Below are positions 58,831-63,990 of a stretch of DNA of 63,990 nucleotides, piece after piece. The DNA is taken from IMG/VR virus record IMGVR_UViG_3300021960_000068, positions 1 through 63,990 of that record; one strand, 5' to 3'. Each line of letters opens with the position of its first letter. Positions within the stretch are counted from its first letter, which is position 1. The notes beneath the pieces are model-generated. The model had not been told where the DNA came from, did not search any database, and saw only the letters and a list, made by a program, of their open reading frames with translations. Position numbers and translations under genes: made by a program. The stretch is from a virus (lineage: Duplodnaviria > Caudoviricetes).

Positions 58831-58974
58831 ATGGGAAAGATTAGTCCAGCGTGTAAAGCTGCAGCAAAAAAGAAGTTTGAAGTATGGCCATCGGCATATG
58901 CCTCAGGTTGGGGTGTGCGTTGTACTAAAGCTGGTGGACCTGGTAAAATGGGGAAAAGTAAAAATAAAAAGTAA
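58831..58974 (+). CDS. Small basic protein (WPSAYASG motif), 47 aa
   Basis: MGKISPACKAAAKKKFEVWPSAYASGWGVRC... Confidence 0.7.
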   Translation: MGKISPACKAAAKKKFEVWPSAYASGWGVRCTKAGGPGKMGKSKNKK

Positions 58975-59249
58975 TGTATACACAAAATTCTCCGTTCCCT
59001 AAAAAATCTAAAGTAAAAGGTGGAGGCACTAAGAAAGTTTGTCTGCCTGCTTCTAAGGTAAGATCAATGAGTAAGGCTGAAAAAGATAAAGTAATTAGAG
59101 CTAAAAGATCTGCAGCTGCTAAAGGAGATTATAAACGCTCTAGTAAATCAAACGTAAAAGGCGCTCGTAAGAAAGGAGCTACACTACGTGATTGGTTTGA
59201 AAAAGAAAATTGGATTAACGTTGCAACAGGAGAACCATGCGGAAAATAA
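58974..59249 (+). CDS. Small basic protein (VCLP...LRDWF..ENW)
   Basis: K-rich 91-aa ORF, TAATG coupled. Confidence 0.7.
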   Translation: MYTQNSPFPKKSKVKGGGTKKVCLPASKVRSMSKAEKDKVIRAKRSAAAKGDYKRSSKSNVKGARKKGATLRDWFEKENWINVATGEPCGK

Positions 59250-59357
59250 TAGATAAGTTACAAGCGGCTTGGAATAGTTTACTATACAAGCTTATGTTTA
59301 AGAAATATAGATAAGGAACAAAAATAAACTGGGCGTACCATACCCAACAGTTCCTAA

Positions 59358-59394
59358 TAAAGAAAGGGCCCTCAAACGAGAGCCCTTTTTTTTT
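59358..59394. terminator. Bidirectional terminator at the convergence of the two arms
   Basis: AAAGGGC-CCTCAAACGAGA-GCCCTTTTTTTTT. Confidence 0.8.
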
Positions 59395-61159
59395 ATCCGT
59401 CACAAGCGGCGCAGTCAGGATCCATAGCTTGTTGAGCAATGTCACCGCGTAGTACTGATTCAGTACGCATATAATATAAGGTCTTGATACCTTTCTTCCA
59501 AGCATCCATGTGAACCTGGTTAATCCACTTAGGTGTAGCCTCTGAAGGAAACGCTAGGTTTAAACTAACTGATTGATCAATATACTGTTGGCGTATACCA
59601 GCTTGATTAACAAGCTCTAGTTGATTAATCTCTTTGAAAGTTTTAAACACGTTTTTAACTTTGTCAAAGCCTGTAGTTTCTAAATCATCTTGCTCAGATA
59701 ATACTACTAGCTTTTTATTAACATAACCGTAGTCATCTAACGGTAGGTCTTGTATGCTACCACCATCAGCCATTATCTTATCCCAAATTTCTTTAGTGTT
59801 TAATCCAGCTTTTCTTAATACTTTTTCGAGCTCTCTGTTCTTCCTAATGAACGTACCCTTCGCGCTTTGTTCAGTGAAAACATTAGCGGCCCAAGGCTCA
59901 ATACCAGGACTAACATTACCGGCAAGCTTACTATTAGACACAGTAGGAGCAATAGCCCTAAGATGAGTGTTACGAAACCCAGTGCCAACGCACCACAAAG
60001 GTTCACCATAAAGTTCAGCGAGATCTCTACTCGCTCGCTCAGATTCGATTTTAATCTGGCTAAATATTCTTCTAGTTTCATATTGTGCTGTTAATCCCTC
60101 GAAGGGTATTCCATTTTTTTGTAGGTACGTGTGCCAGCCCAGTACTCCAAGGCCAAGCGCTCTACCTTTTTCCGCTGATCTAACTGAATTTGCAAAGCCA
60201 ACTTTGCCTTTCGCTTTTTGTATAAACTCTTCAAGTACTCCGTCCAAGAACCAAATAGCATCGTATATAAGGTTTGTATTCTTCCACTCTTCATATCTTG
60301 ATATATTTAAACTTGATAAGCAGCAAACAAAGCTATGGCTTTCATCTGTGTGTAATGTAATCTCACTACAGATATTTGTCATGTGTACTTTTAAAGCATT
60401 GTCTTTGTATGCTTTTGGATTTGCTTTGTTAGTATTTCCTTTAAACAAGATATACGGTTCTCCAGTTGCTTTTCGTTTTCTAATAAGTTTACTCCATCGA
60501 GCTCTAGCGTCCGCATCTCCCTGTTCAAGACGTCGCATAAACTTATCACCAACAACTGCGCATTGATGTAGGTTAAGCGACTGTCTGTTAACATCTCCTT
60601 TAGGTTCTCTGATCTCAAGCCACTCTTCAAAATCATCGTGCTCAATGTTAATATTAACTGAGGCAGCTCCTCGTCTAACCGATCCTTGATTTGTAGCAAG
60701 TATTGTTGAGTCATATATTTTGCAGAAAGGTACGACTCCGTCTGATGTTCCATTGCCTGTAATTTTAGCGCCAGCGGGTCTGATTTGATTTATACCAATG
60801 CCAACTCCACCGCCATGCTTAGCGAGCAACATCATCTCTAAGTTCTTACCTCCTATATCATGTATACTATCTGCTACATCAATACCAAAGCAAGAAATAG
60901 GTAACCCACGATCAGTACCTGTGTTACTAAGTACAGGGCTAGCAAGGTTAAGCCAACCTTTCCAGATATAATTAAAAAACGTTTCACTTAGCTCTGGTCT
61001 GTCAAGTCTACGCGCAACTGTCTTGCATACTCGCTCGTATGCATCTCTTGGGGTTTCGTCGTAGAGTAAATATCCCCCGGATATAGTTTTCTTGTATACG
61101 TCTGTGTCTCCCCACTCTGGGTAGTCAACTCCTTTTTTCCATTCATTATTCCACATCAT
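59393..61159 (-). CDS. nrdA: Ribonucleotide reductase class Ia alpha subunit (no ATP cone)
   Basis: PISCF, GGGVG, RRGA, TNICSEI, APT, KTLYY, C-terminal CAAC. Confidence 0.95.
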   Translation of the reverse strand: MMWNNEWKKGVDYPEWGDTDVYKKTISGGYLLYDETPRDAYERVCKTVARRLDRPELSETFFNYIWKGWLNLASPVLSNTGTDRGLPISCFGIDVADSIHDIGGKNLEMMLLAKHGGGVGIGINQIRPAGAKITGNGTSDGVVPFCKIYDSTILATNQGSVRRGAASVNINIEHDDFEEWLEIREPKGDVNRQSLNLHQCAVVGDKFMRRLEQGDADARARWSKLIRKRKATGEPYILFKGNTNKANPKAYKDNALKVHMTNICSEITLHTDESHSFVCCLSSLNISRYEEWKNTNLIYDAIWFLDGVLEEFIQKAKGKVGFANSVRSAEKGRALGLGVLGWHTYLQKNGIPFEGLTAQYETRRIFSQIKIESERASRDLAELYGEPLWCVGTGFRNTHLRAIAPTVSNSKLAGNVSPGIEPWAANVFTEQSAKGTFIRKNRELEKVLRKAGLNTKEIWDKIMADGGSIQDLPLDDYGYVNKKLVVLSEQDDLETTGFDKVKNVFKTFKEINQLELVNQAGIRQQYIDQSVSLNLAFPSEATPKWINQVHMDAWKKGIKTLYYMRTESVLRGDIAQQAMDPDCAACDG

Positions 61160-61431
61160 TTAAAGAATAGCAATGCGTATGCTATCATCACGTTTAAATT
61201 AACTAATACTAAGTTCCATTGCTTTGCAACCCAAACTTGTGGTGTACAAAACAAACCTGCTAGAAAGTATATTACTACACCAGGTGTTTCGGGTAATAAA
61301 TGGGGAGCAGTTATAAAAAAACCAGTCCCCATATAACCAAGCCTATTTGCTAGCCTCTCCGTAGGAGAAAGCTTCCTCTTCTTCACTAGGCTTTTCAGCC
61401 ACTTTCTTTTTAAGCTCTGCGATTGCATCAT
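61156..61431 (-). CDS. Small multi-pass membrane protein
   Basis: About three hydrophobic segments; start uncertain. Confidence 0.6.
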   Translation of the reverse strand: MMQSQSLKRKWLKSLVKKRKLSPTERLANRLGYMGTGFFITAPHLLPETPGVVIYFLAGLFCTPQVWVAKQWNLVLVNLNVMIAYALLFFK

Positions 61432-61582
61432 CGTAACCTTCTAATTGTTTTAATATTTCTTGTTGACCAAATATCATGGTCTTTATATTCTCTAATTCAT
61501 TTATAATTTGCTGCAGTACGTTTGTTGTAGCAGCCATACGTTTTTCTAACGCATCAGTTCTACTCTGTTTCTGACCTTTCAT
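61343..61582 (-). CDS. Coiled-coil hypothetical protein
   Basis: 79-aa ORF between the RNR genes. Confidence 0.6.
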   Translation of the reverse strand: MKGQKQSRTDALEKRMAATTNVLQQIINELENIKTMIFGQQEILKQLEGYDDAIAELKKKVAEKPSEEEEAFSYGEASK

Positions 61583-61617
61583 ATAATTGTTCTATTAATT
61601 CTTGCTCATTAATTAGT

Positions 61618-62586
61618 TTACCAAATGTCTTCGAAGTCCTCACCTTCGTTAGCTTTCGAATAATCCGTTGGCCGAACCGCGAAAAAATCAGTATGAGTGA
61701 GCCCCCCGGTAAGATGATAGAACCAATCAAGATTATCCGCTGCAGCCTTGTCATACGTGAAGTACGAATCAAGGTCAGTGTAACCAAGCTCAACCAGTTT
61801 TTCATTTGTTCTTTTCTTTATAAAGTGTTTTAAATCATTTGACTTGATACCTTCAATGTCACCCATCTCAAACATCTTATCTATATACTTAGTCTCAAGA
61901 TCAACCATAGTCTCTGCTGCTTTAATAATATCTTTTTTACAAAGATCTTTTAGTTGATTATTCTCTGCGCACATATCACGATATAGTTTACAACCCATTT
62001 TACTGTGTAGACTTTCATCACGCACAGACCATTTCATCTGTTGGCCTATTCCTTTAAGCATGTTACGCAGCTGAAAAGAATATAGAACAGCGAAAGCAGA
62101 ATACAAACTAACCCCTTCAGCGAAGGCGGAAAAAACAGCAAGGCTACGAGCAATGCCACGTGGGTCATCACCGTTGTAACCAACCAGGTTATCAAATCTA
62201 TTTGCTGTTGCTTCTTCGTGGAGAAACGCTTCGAAGTTTTCAAGCCCAAGTGTTTCATTTAAATAACTATATGCGACAGCGTGAATTGTTTCTTGCGAAC
62301 CAAACATCATTGCCATTTGTTGTATCTCGTGTTTAGGAAACCAACCAACTACTTTCTGCGTCCAATAATCAGACACAGCACATTCAGTCTGAGCAAAGCC
62401 TAGTAGGATATTTCCCACTAGGTTTTTTTCTTTGTCTGTTAGTTTCTCTTTCCAGTCTTTAACATCGCCTTGCATTGGTATCTCGGTGTGTAACCAAAAA
62501 GCCTGTGCTTGCTTAAGCCAACCTTCAGTATAGTACTCTGGGTACTCAAACGGTTTATACGCTATGCGCTCGTCAAACAGTCCCAT
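61618..62586 (-). CDS. nrdB: Ribonucleotide reductase class Ia beta subunit
   Basis: ETIHAVAY, EGVSLYSAF, RDESLH, TDFF...DY. Confidence 0.95.
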   Translation of the reverse strand: MGLFDERIAYKPFEYPEYYTEGWLKQAQAFWLHTEIPMQGDVKDWKEKLTDKEKNLVGNILLGFAQTECAVSDYWTQKVVGWFPKHEIQQMAMMFGSQETIHAVAYSYLNETLGLENFEAFLHEEATANRFDNLVGYNGDDPRGIARSLAVFSAFAEGVSLYSAFAVLYSFQLRNMLKGIGQQMKWSVRDESLHSKMGCKLYRDMCAENNQLKDLCKKDIIKAAETMVDLETKYIDKMFEMGDIEGIKSNDLKHFIKKRTNEKLVELGYTDLDSYFTYDKAAADNLDWFYHLTGGLTHTDFFAVRPTDYSKANEGEDFEDIW

Positions 62587-62750
62587 TACTTATAAGTTTC
62601 AAAAGCAACGTCAATAAAAGGCAAATAAAAAACGTAAGCAGTTTGTGTTGGTTCTTCATAAGTTCTCATTCCAAATAATATACCTGGGTAAAACCCAAAT
62701 GATAACGTCCAGTTCTTTCTAACGTCCTTGCCCTCTGTATTTTTTGACAT
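62586..62750 (-). CDS. Hypothetical protein
   Basis: WTLSFGFYPGILFG...YLPFID. Confidence 0.6.
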   Translation of the reverse strand: MSKNTEGKDVRKNWTLSFGFYPGILFGMRTYEEPTQTAYVFYLPFIDVAFETYK

Positions 62751-62853
62751 AATTTTTAGATTTTTTATTATTACTGTTTCTAGTTTTAGCGTGTACACCT
62801 GGTCTACTTACTTTAGGAGATTCAAGATGTATTGATAAATTTATTTTAGCCAT
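62719..62853 (-). CDS. 44-aa basic peptide ending KKYRGQGR
   Basis: MAKINLSIHLESPKVSRPGVHAKTRNSNNKKSKNYVKKYRGQGR; below the ORF-track cutoff. Confidence 0.7.
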   Translation of the reverse strand: MAKINLSIHLESPKVSRPGVHAKTRNSNNKKSKNYVKKYRGQGR

Positions 62854-63019
62854 ATACTTTTATATTATACTTATCGTGTTCATGTACAATGTCTTTATAT
62901 TTGACATATCCTTTCTGATCCCAAGACCACTTAACAAAATTATCGATCTGACGCTCGGCATACTTCTGCCTAGCTACTTGTTTCGCAAGTTTAGGATTAG
63001 GCGTATTGTCTCGTCGCAT
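62846..63019 (-). CDS. Hypothetical 57-aa protein
   Basis: Open frame filling the gap: ...ARQKYAERQIDNFVKWSW... Confidence 0.5.
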   Translation of the reverse strand: MRRDNTPNPKLAKQVARQKYAERQIDNFVKWSWDQKGYVKYKDIVHEHDKYNIKVYG

Positions 63020-63450
63020 TCCTTTTGATTTTGTGGTTTATATAATGTAACTCCAGGTAGATGATCTACTACGTATCTTTTAAACATCTTCCAGCGTATT
63101 GGAAATGATTCATTAGCTCTACCTTTGGTTTCAATAATAAAACCTTGGCCAATAAAATCAGGTGTGTACTTTATGTTCAGTATCTTTTTGCTACCTCTAT
63201 TTTTGTAATCACCCTTACCATTACCGCATCGTTCATAAGACTCATTAGGAAAATCAAACCCAGAGAATATCTCGTATGTTTGTCCTTCGTATACAGCTTG
63301 TATATTAGCTTTCTTTAAAGCCATATACATATACCGCTCAAGGCCAGAAGCAAAGTTGATACCATCATATGATATCTTCCTTGCTTGTACTGGTCCTTTC
63401 TTTTTACTACGTTTTTTAAACTTCTTCCTTATCATAGTGTAGCCCGTCAT
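62974..63450 (-). CDS. T7 endonuclease I-like PD-(D/E)XK nuclease / resolvase
   Basis: FASGLE, YTPDF, IETKG. Confidence 0.85.
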   Translation of the reverse strand: MTGYTMIRKKFKKRSKKKGPVQARKISYDGINFASGLERYMYMALKKANIQAVYEGQTYEIFSGFDFPNESYERCGNGKGDYKNRGSKKILNIKYTPDFIGQGFIIETKGRANESFPIRWKMFKRYVVDHLPGVTLYKPQNQKECDETIRLILNLRNK

Positions 63451-63712
63451 TACCGTTCTGACCGATGATGTTCATACGTTTCAGCATAGCCTCTTCGATC
63501 TCATCACCTAAACAGTATCGTGCTGCTTCAATATAAAGCAACGCATCCATTAGTTCTTCTTGCACATCGACTAAAAACCTATCTAAGTCCTTGACTTCGT
63601 TTTTAATCTCACCCATCATTGTAGCACCGTACTTTTCTTGACCAACAAGACTACGCTGATCCATCTTAGCTAGTACCCTACGTACAACTTCGTCTTTAGT
63701 TTTAATCTGCAT
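63416..63712 (-). CDS. All-alpha NTP-pyrophosphatase-like protein
   Basis: RSLVGQEKYG...QEELMDALLY; likely start MQIKTK. Confidence 0.6.
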   Translation of the reverse strand: MQIKTKDEVVRRVLAKMDQRSLVGQEKYGATMMGEIKNEVKDLDRFLVDVQEELMDALLYIEAARYCLGDEIEEAMLKRMNIIGQNGNDGLHYDKEEV

Positions 63713-63990
63713 CTTTAACAAATGTACCATTAACCATTTTACCCGTGCGCTTAGCAATCACATCATACGCAGACTTAATACAGTCTTCAATAAACATATC
63801 TTCAAACTTAGCGATGCTTGTAAGCACAACAATCATATCACCTATAGCATCTTGTATTTCTGCCTTGTCGTTTTTAAGTAACGCCTCTGCAAGCTCACCT
63901 GATTCTTCCATAAGCTTTAGATACTGAGTTCTAGCATCACCTTTATCGTATATGCCTTTGTCAGTAGCCCAACTACGTATGTCATCAAAC
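63688..63990. repeat. Terminal direct repeat / circular overlap, copy 2
   Basis: Matches 1-303. Confidence 0.95.

Noticed and set aside
63702-63911. Second MazG gene
   Set aside because: Part of the terminal overlap duplicating the 3' end of 15-773
1-63990. Stop-codon reassignment as in some crAss-like phages
   Set aside because: Genes are intact in the standard code, TAG and TGA end groEL, the capsid gene and portal, and there is no suppressor tRNA
1-63990. Prophage or temperate lifestyle
   Set aside because: No integrase, partition system or host flanking genes were recognised

Overview
The window appears to be a complete circular or terminally redundant dsDNA phage genome of about 63,687 bp. 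Positions 1-303 recur at 63688-63990 with 5 synonymous mismatches. It is probably a podovirus-type phage of Bacteroidota/Flavobacteriaceae. This host call is an inference from the A-rich leaders without Shine-Dalgarno sites, the type of SSB and the crAss-like virion gene order. The minus-strand arm (59.4 kb through the origin of numbering to 15.4 kb) carries class Ia RNR, an endonuclease I-like gene, two all-alpha NTP pyrophosphatases, a T4 gp42-like dCMP hydroxymethylase, primase-helicase, SSB, exonuclease, ERF, a sigma factor, an HTH/Rep-like protein, DenV, ligase, GP88, tRNA-Gln and many small early ORFs. The plus-strand arm (15.7-59.3 kb) carries tail fibres, GroEL/GroES, lysis genes, terminase, portal, capsid, tail and ejection proteins, including a 2744-aa multidomain protein. 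I recognise no DNA polymerase, RNA polymerase or integrase. The most notable unexplained signals are: (1) seven copies of a 33-bp bipartite early-promoter-like motif, together with a sigma-region-2-like segment inside the giant virion protein; (2) two D-armless tRNA-like RNAs sharing an AAnGGTTA linker, each preceded by a structured element; (3) an inverted-repeat operator found both over the start codon of the HTH/Rep-like gene and in the divergent ori-like region; (4) a likely cytosine-modification pathway in a phage with no polymerase of its own. All family calls come from recalled motifs, not from database searches.
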